IMG/VR virus record: IMGVR_UViG_3300025070_000055 | Location: 1 to 50,150 of that record | Source: a virus | Lineage: Duplodnaviria > Caudoviricetes | Length of the DNA: 50,150 nucleotides | Reading direction: 5' to 3' (one strand) | Position numbers and translations under genes: made by a program | In this document: positions 1 through 9,445 of the stretch, piece by piece | How positions within the stretch are numbered: position 1 is the first letter of the stretch | How the letters are laid out: every line of letters starts with the position of its first letter | The notes under the pieces: generated by a model | Told to the model about the DNA's origin: nothing | The model's database searches: none | Seen by the model: only the letters and a program-made list of their open reading frames with translations

Positions 1-1051
1 AATCTGTACTTGCAGGTTGAATACCTTTTAGCTTAGCAAACTCATAACCTTGAGCTTTTCTTACTGCAATAACTCCAGATGTCTGTGCCTGTGTTTGATT
101 ATTTGGTTTAGAAAAGAAAATACGATACTGTGTTTTATCGGGTATAACTAGACTGTTAAAATCATTAACTGTAGTTTCACCTTCAAATAATTCTTGGATA
201 GGTCTACTAATTGTACCAAGCTCAACGTCATTAATCTTAGCTGTACCAGCAACAGTCCTTAAACCATCTCTACCTAAAAAGATTATTTCACCAGCAACTT
301 CCTGTACGGTAAAACCGTTAAGGCAACCAATGTCTCTTGTTACAGGTTGCATCACAAAGTCTGCAATAGTATTACCTATAAGTTTATAAATGCGTTCTTC
401 TGCAAAAATATAAAGCTCATCACGGAATGGAAACAGTGCAGTGATCTTACTATCTACTCGTATTGAACCTGCACCATTAGCTGCACTAAAGTCGTTATCG
501 GTGTACGGTGCAGTAAACACAACTTCTTCTGGTGAAGCTGACATACCTGCAAAAAACAAAGCATTTTTAAAATGTTTTACAAACTTAGGATTAGCTGGTG
601 CACCTGTGGCACTAAGATCAGTTACTGTTGTACCATCATACTTAGTAGCATTGTTGGCACCATCAGCCCATACAATAAGCTCTGTACCGGCTAAGTTATA
701 TCTGTCAAAAGAATAACGTATGGCATTGCTTCTACCAGTATCTATTTGTGTCCAAGAACCGCTACCACTAGCAGCCTCAAATACTTTTTCACCCCTAGCA
801 GCAATTACTTTACTGTTTCCAGAAAAGTATGCAGACATTAACACAGGTTCTGTAGCACTAGCTGTTTGTGGAACTATATTAGTATTCCACTTTTCGTAAC
901 CGTTAATTCTTCTGTAACCACCACCAACATCAGGTTCAAAGTTTTCTAACTCAAGAGCCATTCCTGGTTCCATAGCAAAGGTAGAACGGTCAAGAACTAA
1001 ACCACCTTGTAAAGGAAATACAAAAGGATTAAGACCAGATTGATCTGCCAT
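1..1051 (-). CDS. Tail tubular protein B / nozzle-like virion protein (partial, runs off window start)
   Basis: Not in ORF track. ATG at 1051 with GGTAGGA RBS; reads MADQSGLNPFVFPLQGGLVLDRSTFAMEPGMALELENFEPDVGGGYRRINGY; follows capsid and tube A genes in podovirus order. Confidence 0.7.
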   Translation of the reverse strand, partial: MADQSGLNPFVFPLQGGLVLDRSTFAMEPGMALELENFEPDVGGGYRRINGYEKWNTNIVPQTASATEPVLMSAYFSGNSKVIAARGEKVFEAASGSGSWTQIDTGRSNAIRYSFDRYNLAGTELIVWADGANNATKYDGTTVTDLSATGAPANPKFVKHFKNALFFAGMSASPEEVVFTAPYTDNDFSAANGAGSIRVDSKITALFPFRDELYIFAEERIYKLIGNTIADFVMQPVTRDIGCLNGFTVQEVAGEIIFLGRDGLRTVAGTAKINDVELGTISRPIQELFEGETTVNDFNSLVIPDKTQYRIFFSKPNNQTQAQTSGVIAVRKAQGYEFAKLKGIQPASTD

Positions 1052-1060
1052 ATTCCTACC

Positions 1061-1771
1061 TTATATAAATGTACTGGTTGATTTTGAAGCGCCTTGAAGA
1101 ACAGTAGATCTAACGTATATAGTTCTATTTACAAGTAAACTTCTCATGTGTTTTATACCAGATTCAAATCTCTGAAAGTTTAATTGATACTGGCTAGTTT
1201 CTCCACGATACTGATAACCATAAGCAGTAGCACCGTCTAAGATAACAGAGCGATACTGTTCAGGAATAGTGGGTACATCACCTGCCTCAGTTAGTGTAGT
1301 AGTATTTGCATAATATTCGTATGTTAATGCGTATGCTTTATCTGGATATGGATATAGTCCATATTTATTGTCTGGAGTTCTAAATACATATAAAGGTACA
1401 CCACCTACTTCTGAGGTATTTTCTTGGGCTACATATTTATTTAAATAAGATTTATAGTCAATCTCTTTCAAACTCCTACCAGAGCAACCTAATGAATCAT
1501 CTTTAATTACTCTGAATGTATCATAGTCCACGTGTTTAGCTGTCGTGTCTATAGCATAACGTGTAGTACCAGTTACAAGTGTTTCAGTTTTACTAGCATG
1601 ATTAAAGGGCCATGAGTATTCACTTGTATTTATATAATCAATTGCATCATTAATTGCGTTTTTACATTGAACTTGAAAACCCCTTGCGGATGAAAACCCA
1701 CCAGAAGATAATGTAACTTCATTAAAACGAGATATGACTTCGTTTGTAAGATCAAGATACGTGTATGCCAT
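1061..1771 (-). CDS. Tail tubular protein A / head-tail adaptor
   Basis: 236 aa; YSWPF, LYPYPDKAY and DVPTIPEQY motifs; directly downstream of capsid gene. Confidence 0.75.
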   Translation of the reverse strand: MAYTYLDLTNEVISRFNEVTLSSGGFSSARGFQVQCKNAINDAIDYINTSEYSWPFNHASKTETLVTGTTRYAIDTTAKHVDYDTFRVIKDDSLGCSGRSLKEIDYKSYLNKYVAQENTSEVGGVPLYVFRTPDNKYGLYPYPDKAYALTYEYYANTTTLTEAGDVPTIPEQYRSVILDGATAYGYQYRGETSQYQLNFQRFESGIKHMRSLLVNRTIYVRSTVLQGASKSTSTFI

Positions 1772-1794
1772 AAGATGCTTTCAGGTTAAATGTA

Positions 1795-1826
1795 ACTAAA
1801 GGGCCACCCGAAAGCAGCCCTTCAGT
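1795..1826 (-). terminator. Stem-loop after capsid gene (probable intrinsic terminator or attenuator)
   Basis: Minus strand ACTGAAGGGCTGCT-TTCG-GGTGGCCCTTTAGT; UUCG loop about 10 nt after the capsid stop. Confidence 0.75.
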
Positions 1827-1836
1827 ATTAGTTAGT

Positions 1837-2907
1837 TTACGCCAAGTTATACTTAGCTGTAACCAATGCTTCTGGACGCAAGATTTTGCGACCGTATAGA
1901 TGCATACCACGAACAATGTCAGCGAATGAATCTGGATCACGATATGTTTCAGTTTTGTTGATCTGCTCTGCAGTTGCAACGGCTGAATCGTGTCCACCAA
2001 CAATCACACCATAGTTAGTGTTTTGGTTTGCTGTACCTGTTGTTGATGCGCCTGTACCAACTGAAGGAAGGTTATTTGAAACGTACACACGGAAACCGTG
2101 GAAGTTGTTTAATACCATTCCATTCTGAAGACCAGAACCACCGAAGTCGGCGTTCAACAAACGTGAATCTTCATCACGAAGAACTTCCATCATTACTGGA
2201 TCAATTACCAGCCAACGACCTTGAGTGTCTACGTTTTGAATATCCATCAAACGGCTCATACGAGCTACAACCATTGCTGGTGAAACAGTAGCTGTTGGCA
2301 GTGCAGTAGCACCTGGCAAACGAGCAGCAACTGGGATTGAGTGATCAGCAGCACTTGTAGTAGTGATGTTGCCGAAGTCACCTTTTTTCAGTTTGTTAGC
2401 TGTAAGCAGTTCGTCTGAACCAGCAGCAGTGTTTGCTTTAGTACCATTAACCACATCATTTACTGCACTTGCATTTGCATGTAATGCAGCTTGTTTGTAG
2501 CCTGACAAATATCCAAGTACATCTTGGTCATACTGATCAGCCAAACGATAGGCTGCACGATCAGATGCAAGACTTTGGAAATTAACGTGGGAGTGCGCTT
2601 CCTCAATATCATCGACCTTGAAAGCAAAATAATTGGCTTTGTCGATTGTCAATGAAAAATCATTATCTGAAAGATCTTGAGTTGAGATAGTAGTACCACG
2701 TAGGTACGCTGTTACCGAAATCTCAGGTTCTTTAATAATTTTTACTGAGTCACCCATTTGAGCGATTTCCCCGAAATAATCGGAGTTAGTGATAGCTTCA
2801 CAGACTGCAGATTTGCGAAATGCAAGTTGCACCTGTTTGCTATAGATTACAGGCGAGAAGTTACCATTGGGTAAGTTTGTGTAGCCTGAAGCCTTTCCAA
2901 ATGCCAT
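1837..2907 (-). CDS. Major capsid protein
   Basis: 356 aa; FSPVIYSKQVQLAFRK, NSDYFGEI..GDSVKI, DSFADIVRGMHLYGRKILRPEAL typical of marine podovirus capsids; strong AAGGAG RBS. Confidence 0.93.
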   Translation of the reverse strand: MAFGKASGYTNLPNGNFSPVIYSKQVQLAFRKSAVCEAITNSDYFGEIAQMGDSVKIIKEPEISVTAYLRGTTISTQDLSDNDFSLTIDKANYFAFKVDDIEEAHSHVNFQSLASDRAAYRLADQYDQDVLGYLSGYKQAALHANASAVNDVVNGTKANTAAGSDELLTANKLKKGDFGNITTTSAADHSIPVAARLPGATALPTATVSPAMVVARMSRLMDIQNVDTQGRWLVIDPVMMEVLRDEDSRLLNADFGGSGLQNGMVLNNFHGFRVYVSNNLPSVGTGASTTGTANQNTNYGVIVGGHDSAVATAEQINKTETYRDPDSFADIVRGMHLYGRKILRPEALVTAKYNLA

Positions 2908-3120
2908 TTTAATTCTCCTTTAGCATTAAGATACAGATACAAACCGTCAATCGTTTATACAGAGGCTAACTCTACTAGGGTGCGTTATTGTAAGCATTGG
3001 CCTATGCTTAGTCTAACGGGCCATGAGACATTAGGTTGTCCGAAAGCGTATTGTTGTTTGCGGAAGATAGTACATTAGAGTAGGTAATCCATACTGTGGG
3101 GCTACTCTAATACACATTAT
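2908..3120 (-). promoter_or_regulatory. Long structured 5' leader of capsid gene
   Basis: About 210 nt non-coding; stems ATTAGAGTAG/CTACTCTAAT, TAAGCAT/ATGCTTA and CGTTA/TAACG. Confidence 0.55.
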
Positions 3121-3153
3121 ATATAGTTATATCATATTTAAATATGTTGTCAA
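3121..3153 (-). promoter_or_regulatory. Sigma70-like promoter upstream of capsid gene
   Basis: TTGACA-N16-TATAACTATAT. Confidence 0.7.
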
Positions 3154-3159
3154 TAGTTT

Positions 3160-4026
3160 TTATCGTGCATTTCCAGACATATCATAAATAAACTTACCAG
3201 AACGAATGGCTTCCATGATTTGATCAGAGTATTTTTCGTACTCGTGAGTGGTCATGCTATTTACGTCAGACTCTTTGAACGTCATACCATCCTTGCTAAC
3301 ATCAGGGTTACTACCACCACTACGTGTGTTTACAGATCGTGCAGCATCTTTATTGTTAGCTGGTTTTTTAGTTTTAATATTTTTATCAGCTTTATATAAA
3401 TCAATAGCCCTAGATGCAGAACGTGCATCGTCATCATTTTCATATAAAGCATCTTGTACCCACTTAGGCTGTTGATCTGCCCACTCATGAAAATCATCGC
3501 TATCACGAATTTCACCAAAATCAGGATGGGCTTGCATAAGTTCTACTTCAGCTTTTTCACGAGATGCTACAGCTTTCATCTCATCAATTTCTTTTACACG
3601 ATCTTCTAATCCTGCAGCTTGCTCACGTGCTTTTTTAATCGCAATTGTTTCTACGATAGCTGCTACATCAGGATACTGTGTAGCCCAAGCCTCAATATCT
3701 TCATCAGACTTAGGTAGTTTAATTTCTTTTTGAGTTACTTCTTTTAACTGACTTTCAAGTTGCTTAAACTTGTCTTCCCAAGATTTTTCTTTATCTTGCA
3801 TATGTCGGCGTAAATCACCATAACGTTTTTTAAAACTCTTTTCTTCGGCACCAGCAGGTTCAACTTCTTGTTGATTAGTATCTTCAACTTCACCCTTTTG
3901 TTCTGCCATAAGCTGTTCTAGCTCTTCTTCTTCTTTCTTTAATTTCTCTTCATTGCTGTATTTACGATTAGCAAATGCAACTTTCTTTTCGGGCTTCATT
4001 TCTTCAGCCATAATTGTATCGGACAT
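3160..4026 (-). CDS. Capsid scaffolding protein
   Basis: Acidic coiled coil; FKKRYGDLRRH, HPDF..IRDSDDFHEW, C-terminal IMEAIRSGK; immediately upstream of capsid gene. Confidence 0.8.
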   Translation of the reverse strand: MSDTIMAEEMKPEKKVAFANRKYSNEEKLKKEEEELEQLMAEQKGEVEDTNQQEVEPAGAEEKSFKKRYGDLRRHMQDKEKSWEDKFKQLESQLKEVTQKEIKLPKSDEDIEAWATQYPDVAAIVETIAIKKAREQAAGLEDRVKEIDEMKAVASREKAEVELMQAHPDFGEIRDSDDFHEWADQQPKWVQDALYENDDDARSASRAIDLYKADKNIKTKKPANNKDAARSVNTRSGGSNPDVSKDGMTFKESDVNSMTTHEYEKYSDQIMEAIRSGKFIYDMSGNAR

Positions 4027-4097
4027 TGTATTTCCTTAACTGGGGCCACCGTAGCCTAGTGTTGGTAGGGGGATGAGTAGCCAGCGTATCTAGCAAT

Positions 4098-4301
4098 TTA
4101 ACGTGTTGCTAGTCCACGTTTTTTAACAACTGGTTTTTTAGCTTTACCTAAATTAATATCAGTCATTACTTCTGGGCCTAGTACCTTACCAAGTACACGG
4201 CCTTGTGATGTACCCATTAAACTACGAATAACATCTTTATCATCTTCCTGTAAGCCGTTAAAACGTTTAGCTACAAGTTCGGTATACTGTGAAAATTCCA
4301 T
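4098..4301 (-). CDS. Hypothetical protein
   Basis: 67 aa, 1 nt after upstream gene stop; basic C-terminus KKRGLATR. Confidence 0.65.
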   Translation of the reverse strand: MEFSQYTELVAKRFNGLQEDDKDVIRSLMGTSQGRVLGKVLGPEVMTDINLGKAKKPVVKKRGLATR

Positions 4302-4302
4302 A

Positions 4303-7176
4303 TTAAATTCCTGTAATTGTTCTAAACTTACCCACGGTATATACTAAGGGTTCTAGGATAGATCTGTATATACGCCCTAAAGTATCTCGTTTTTTATTTT
4401 GCATAGACGCTCTAAGATCAGCAGTACGATGACGTGCAATATGCTCTAGTGCGGTACGTACAAATTTATTATTTTTATTGTACCCTAAGTCTACTAAAGG
4501 TAAGAACAGTGTATGATAACCTAGCTCATGTTCTTTTGTCAAGTGGTCTTTAGAGTAGGACAACCATATAGCTTGACGGTACGAGCCAAAGCCGTATGAG
4601 TTATTCATGGCAGTGCATACGATTTTATCACTAGAATCTGAAGCCTCATTAGCGGAATCTGTATTAGAAGTATCTCCTGCAGCGGCTTCATTAGCACGTC
4701 TATTTGCTGTAGCTGTATAGTGATCTGCTAACTCTGGATTAGCTTTTAAGGATTCTTTTTCTCTATTAGATAAATGTGCAGTAATGTTTTTGTTTGTGTT
4801 GGGATTACTTGAATCTAACCGTGTTGATTTATCATTACTTCTTTCAGGTGACTTGGGCTTAGCTGCAGGCTTAGCTGCAGGTTTAGCTTTTGGTCTAGCC
4901 TTCGGTCTAATAGAAGTTGTAGGAGCACCAGAACCTGTTCTTTCTGCTGTACCTGTTGCGGCAAGTGTTTCTTTATAACGTTTATCTTCTGCTGCTCTTC
5001 TTGCTGCCTCTGCATCACTTTTAGCTTTGGCGTCAGCAATTCTTTTTCTTTCAGCGTCTGCAACTCTTTTAGCTTCTTCTTCTGCTCTTTTAGCTTCTGC
5101 TAGTGCTATACGTTCAGCTTCTGCTCTACCTACTACTCCAAGCTTTTGAAGGGCTTCTAATTTTTTAGTTTGATCTGCACGTATTTTTGCAATATCTCTA
5201 TTGTATCGTGCGTCTGCAGCAGCATTAGCTGTAGCTATATCTGCAGCGGATATTACCTTTTGTTCTGCCAAACGTTTTTCAGCATCAGCAAATGCACTTT
5301 TTTGTTGCTCTAATAAATTTTGAGTATCTAATAATGCTTGCTCTTGTTCAGCCTTAATACGTTGAGCTTCTTTTGCTTGAAATACTTCAGCCTGTTTTGG
5401 GCCTTGCTGTCTACGAGGATCGACATTTAATCCTGCTTCATCGTAACTACCTGTTGGACCTACTGGTACAGGAGATGGCTGCACACCTCTTCCTACTTCG
5501 CCATACATAGGATCGGTATAAGGTTTAGCAGTAAGACCCGCAGTAAACTCAGGATCTATAACTTGTAAACGTTGTTGCTGTCTTTCTTCTGTCATTCTAC
5601 GCATTTGCTCTGCTGCGCTTAATCCTGCAGTTTGCTCCACAGAACCTTCATAAGGGGTAATTTCCACTTTAGCCGCAGTAGGAGAAGGTTGCCCGTATGC
5701 AATAGGGGCCTCTAACTGACCTAGTATTTCAGCGCCTTGCATTATGGGTTGTTCATCGTAACCACCCGTCCCTGTCAACGCAAGTGCACCTTGCTGTCCT
5801 GCAGCCATAGGTGAAGGTGTCGGTAATACAGGCGGTGTATATTGAGTAGAATCAAATTGCGTAGCGTCTTGCATAGACTGCATCTGCTGCGCCAAAGAAG
5901 ATTGTATAGGCATAGGTGCAGCAGTAACTGGTTGTTGCATTAATCTTTCTTCAGGTGTTGCCGTAACAGTTTGTTGCATTAACGTTTCTTCAGGCGTAGG
6001 TGCAGTTTCTATAGGAGCTATAGGTACAACTTCTTCTTGCTCTACTTTTGTTTTTGCTTCTGTTGCTTTAGTTTCGGATAGCCCAAAAGCTCCTGCAACG
6101 CCATCTACAATTCTACCTAAAATACTTTTACTTTCTGGGCCTACAGATTTACCTAAAGTTTCTATGTATGCAGTTAGTTCTGCTCTTTCTTCTGATGTTA
6201 AGTTACCAGCGTTTAGTTTAGCAACCGCTGCAGCATAGGCTTTCTTATCTTGATCACGCATTGCTGCGTATCCTAGCGCACCAATAGGACCAAATAAAAG
6301 CATAGCACCGTTAGCAATAGTACGGCCTGTTCCAGTAATGCCTCCCAACTCTGTTAAAAGATCTTCTGTACTTAATGTATCCCAATTAATAGGAGCAGGA
6401 GCGTTATCAAACTCCGCTTGTATTTCAGCCGCAATATCTCTATCGGGGCCACCGTCACCTCGTGACGCTTCATTTATTTCTCTTATTGCTTCGCCTTCTT
6501 CTGTATCAGAGTTTTCTACAGAGTCTTCATTATTAGCGGAGTAGATAGTATATCCTTCAGGAATAGGAAACGCAGGAACGCCACCAATATGAGGTATCAT
6601 CATATTAGCACCGGCTTCATTGCGGTACTCTACATACGTAATACTAGCTTCACCCATTAATTCTTTAAAGTTAATTTCTGCTTTTTGTGGACGTTCAATC
6701 TCAGGTGTAAGTCTACGTACTGTAGAAGTTTGTGTAGTTGCGGGTTCTTGTGGAGCAGGTGTATATGTAGGTTGCTGTACGGTACGTGTAACTGTAGTAG
6801 GACGTGTTACAAAACCACCTTCTTGCATTTCTAGTTCTTCACCACTATCTCCTGCTACAATAACAAGATCAGCCATACCAAATGGCATATCATCTGGGAT
6901 AGTAGCTTCATCACCATTGCCCATTTGACCCATAGCTTCCATACGTTTTAAACCCATTTTAGCTTCTTGTCGCATTTGCATAAGTTTATCTAATCCAATG
7001 TAGCGTGTTACATCTTCAGGAAAAACAAACTCACCCTCACTTACCATAGCAGATACGTCATCACGTACACCCTTTTTAGTGCCACCAATTGGAACTTCGT
7101 TTCCAGATACTTCATCTATTGTGCCACCCTCATCCTTGAGGCCACCGTCTTCAAAAAGTTCCATTTGATCTTTCAT
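4303..7176 (-). CDS. Large virion-associated protein
   Basis: 957 aa between portal and scaffold; N-terminal DDVSAMVSEGEFVFP motif, low-complexity and coiled-coil middle, C-terminal KIVCTAM domain. Confidence 0.7.
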   Translation of the reverse strand: MKDQMELFEDGGLKDEGGTIDEVSGNEVPIGGTKKGVRDDVSAMVSEGEFVFPEDVTRYIGLDKLMQMRQEAKMGLKRMEAMGQMGNGDEATIPDDMPFGMADLVIVAGDSGEELEMQEGGFVTRPTTVTRTVQQPTYTPAPQEPATTQTSTVRRLTPEIERPQKAEINFKELMGEASITYVEYRNEAGANMMIPHIGGVPAFPIPEGYTIYSANNEDSVENSDTEEGEAIREINEASRGDGGPDRDIAAEIQAEFDNAPAPINWDTLSTEDLLTELGGITGTGRTIANGAMLLFGPIGALGYAAMRDQDKKAYAAAVAKLNAGNLTSEERAELTAYIETLGKSVGPESKSILGRIVDGVAGAFGLSETKATEAKTKVEQEEVVPIAPIETAPTPEETLMQQTVTATPEERLMQQPVTAAPMPIQSSLAQQMQSMQDATQFDSTQYTPPVLPTPSPMAAGQQGALALTGTGGYDEQPIMQGAEILGQLEAPIAYGQPSPTAAKVEITPYEGSVEQTAGLSAAEQMRRMTEERQQQRLQVIDPEFTAGLTAKPYTDPMYGEVGRGVQPSPVPVGPTGSYDEAGLNVDPRRQQGPKQAEVFQAKEAQRIKAEQEQALLDTQNLLEQQKSAFADAEKRLAEQKVISAADIATANAAADARYNRDIAKIRADQTKKLEALQKLGVVGRAEAERIALAEAKRAEEEAKRVADAERKRIADAKAKSDAEAARRAAEDKRYKETLAATGTAERTGSGAPTTSIRPKARPKAKPAAKPAAKPKSPERSNDKSTRLDSSNPNTNKNITAHLSNREKESLKANPELADHYTATANRRANEAAAGDTSNTDSANEASDSSDKIVCTAMNNSYGFGSYRQAIWLSYSKDHLTKEHELGYHTLFLPLVDLGYNKNNKFVRTALEHIARHRTADLRASMQNKKRDTLGRIYRSILEPLVYTVGKFRTITGI

Positions 7177-7394
7177 TATTTTAATACCTCATCTCTAAGT
7201 AATTTTAATCTACGCAGTTGATATATAGCACCTTGTGCTCTATACATAACCTTGTCGTTATCTGTTTGCTCCATAGCACGATGCTGTTGTGCAATTACTT
7301 CATCTAAATAGTTACTGAACTGGTCCCACTGCTGCTGGTTGTTCACCAGCCCCTTGAGCTTCTTGAGGTGCTCCTTGTCCTTGATCATTTCCAC
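7176..7394 (-). CDS. Small protein downstream of portal
   Basis: 72 aa, MYRAQGAI..LRRL motif; stop overlaps next start (TAATG). Confidence 0.7.
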   Translation of the reverse strand: MEMIKDKEHLKKLKGLVNNQQQWDQFSNYLDEVIAQQHRAMEQTDNDKVMYRAQGAIYQLRRLKLLRDEVLK

Positions 7395-9435
7395 TAAATC
7401 CTTGTTCTTGAGGTGTAGGTACTTGTCCTGTACCTATGTTACCACCCCCTGCTCCTGTGGGGTCCATTGGGCTTGCTTCTGCTGCTGGCTGTTGAAAGCC
7501 CTTCATTAGCTCCGCTTGAATGGCAGCTTCATCCATATTGTTAGTTACTTTGTCTGGATCTAACTCAAGAGATTTTGCAATCTCTCGTATGATGTATTGA
7601 AACTTTGCAAAGGGCGCAAGTGCTGGGCTAGAAGATATCTGCATAAACTGCATAAGACGTTGACTACGTACTTCATTGGCCATAAGGCTTTCTGTACCAC
7701 GAGCCTTAACCTCAAGATCCCCCTTAATATTGGGGTCAAAGTCAAACTGCATGTTAAATCTAAATAAACCTTCACCTAAAGGGCGAAGTAAGTAGTCATC
7801 AACATTTTTAATTACGTTCTTTATACCGCCCTGTGCGGCACCCATAAGCATAGAAATACCAGAAGCAGTACGACCCACACCCGATACCCCTGTTTGACCA
7901 TGAGCAAAAGATGGAAATCCAGTAGACTCATCTGCTAATACCCTCGCTTTATCAAATAGCTGCAAGTTTTCTGCGGCAACATTCGGGAACTTAGTACCGA
8001 AGATAGCTTGCCCTGGAGCACCACCTTGGCGTCTAAATACTTTCCCAGGATATACTGATAGATCTTGGCCTGGGACTAAGTTAGTTTCATCGACTTCAAT
8101 TAAAAGATTACCAGATAATACAGCATTGTCAACTGCCATTCTCATAAAACCATTCATTAAAGTTTGGGTATCGTCCATATTTTCTGCAATACCTACACCA
8201 AAGAATGAGTACGGGTTTAATTCATACGGAGCAGCCATGTAAGGAATACGAGCAGGTTTAAACGGATTAAGTACCATTCGCAGTAGTTTGCCATTACAAA
8301 TCCATACGTTGGCCTGTAGTTCATCGACTTCACTTAACTCATCGGGAATATCTACACCTTGCTCTACAAGCATATCGGTATCTACCATACCCCAATACTC
8401 TAGTACTTCATAGCGTTCTACACCATGCTCTGGTGCATAGTCAGATAGATCATCTTCCCAAGATTCTTTACTGTAGTTTTCACCTAACTGTACTGCTTCA
8501 TCAATTACAGAACTTCTAAAGTAAGGACGCCGTTTTAAATTACGCAGTTGAGTACGTGACATTTTATGGCGCTCAATTACAAATTGGGCTTCTTCAATAT
8601 TATTTGCATCTGGGTCAGGATAAAAGTTCCATACAGATACATGAGATACTTGTGGAATAGTTTTAATTACAGGCGAATACTCGCCATCTTCATTCCAGTT
8701 AGGGTATTCTTTATCTACAGCAAATGGACCTTTCATTACACCAGTACCAAAAAGTGCCATTTCAAATGCTGTACTACGTAGGTGTTTACTGGCACTTGAC
8801 TCTTCTAACTGATCGTGTATTTTCTTTTGCATCATTTTAGCAGCAATCATAGCTGGACTAAATGTAATTGCAGTAGGTGTTTTACCCACACCTTCACGTA
8901 CACCTTCAATGTCTTGTAACTTATCTTTTACTGGACCTAAACTCTCTGCAAGTGTTTTAGCTGTAGCGCCAGCAGGTAACTCTTTACCATCGCCAGCAAA
9001 GCCATACGGATTTACAATTTCATCCATACCAGATTGTTTTAGTTGCTCAGGTTCTTTAGGATCAAAGTTTACATCTGCAACAACACCATCAGGAAGCTCT
9101 GTAGGATCTACAGTAAGAGGGAACTTTTGACCTGCAAATAATACATCAACAATTTGACCATAGGCAGCTAGTGTTTTTGTTTTAGTTACTTTAATAAATA
9201 CCCTAGACTTCTCTGCTTCTGTAAACTGTACGTCTGACCCATACAAACCACGATAGTTACGATAGGCACGTAACCAACGATCTTCATCCTGTTGCCTATA
9301 ATCGTCTGCACGATTGTACTTTTCCATAATAAATGGAATAATTTTAGAAGTATCTGCATCATCAATAGTAGAGTCTTCGCTATCTGCTAGTACAATAGCG
9401 TCATCTTCAATAAAGCCTTCGTTTTCTTCTGCCAT
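7312..9435 (-). CDS. Portal protein
   Basis: 707 aa; ALFGTGVMKGP, WNFYPDP, FFGVGIAE, RTASGISMLM motifs; follows terminase. Confidence 0.92.
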   Translation of the reverse strand: MAEENEGFIEDDAIVLADSEDSTIDDADTSKIIPFIMEKYNRADDYRQQDEDRWLRAYRNYRGLYGSDVQFTEAEKSRVFIKVTKTKTLAAYGQIVDVLFAGQKFPLTVDPTELPDGVVADVNFDPKEPEQLKQSGMDEIVNPYGFAGDGKELPAGATAKTLAESLGPVKDKLQDIEGVREGVGKTPTAITFSPAMIAAKMMQKKIHDQLEESSASKHLRSTAFEMALFGTGVMKGPFAVDKEYPNWNEDGEYSPVIKTIPQVSHVSVWNFYPDPDANNIEEAQFVIERHKMSRTQLRNLKRRPYFRSSVIDEAVQLGENYSKESWEDDLSDYAPEHGVERYEVLEYWGMVDTDMLVEQGVDIPDELSEVDELQANVWICNGKLLRMVLNPFKPARIPYMAAPYELNPYSFFGVGIAENMDDTQTLMNGFMRMAVDNAVLSGNLLIEVDETNLVPGQDLSVYPGKVFRRQGGAPGQAIFGTKFPNVAAENLQLFDKARVLADESTGFPSFAHGQTGVSGVGRTASGISMLMGAAQGGIKNVIKNVDDYLLRPLGEGLFRFNMQFDFDPNIKGDLEVKARGTESLMANEVRSQRLMQFMQISSSPALAPFAKFQYIIREIAKSLELDPDKVTNNMDEAAIQAELMKGFQQPAAEASPMDPTGAGGGNIGTGQVPTPQEQGFSGNDQGQGAPQEAQGAGEQPAAVGPVQ

Positions 9436-9445
9436 TTATTTTTCC

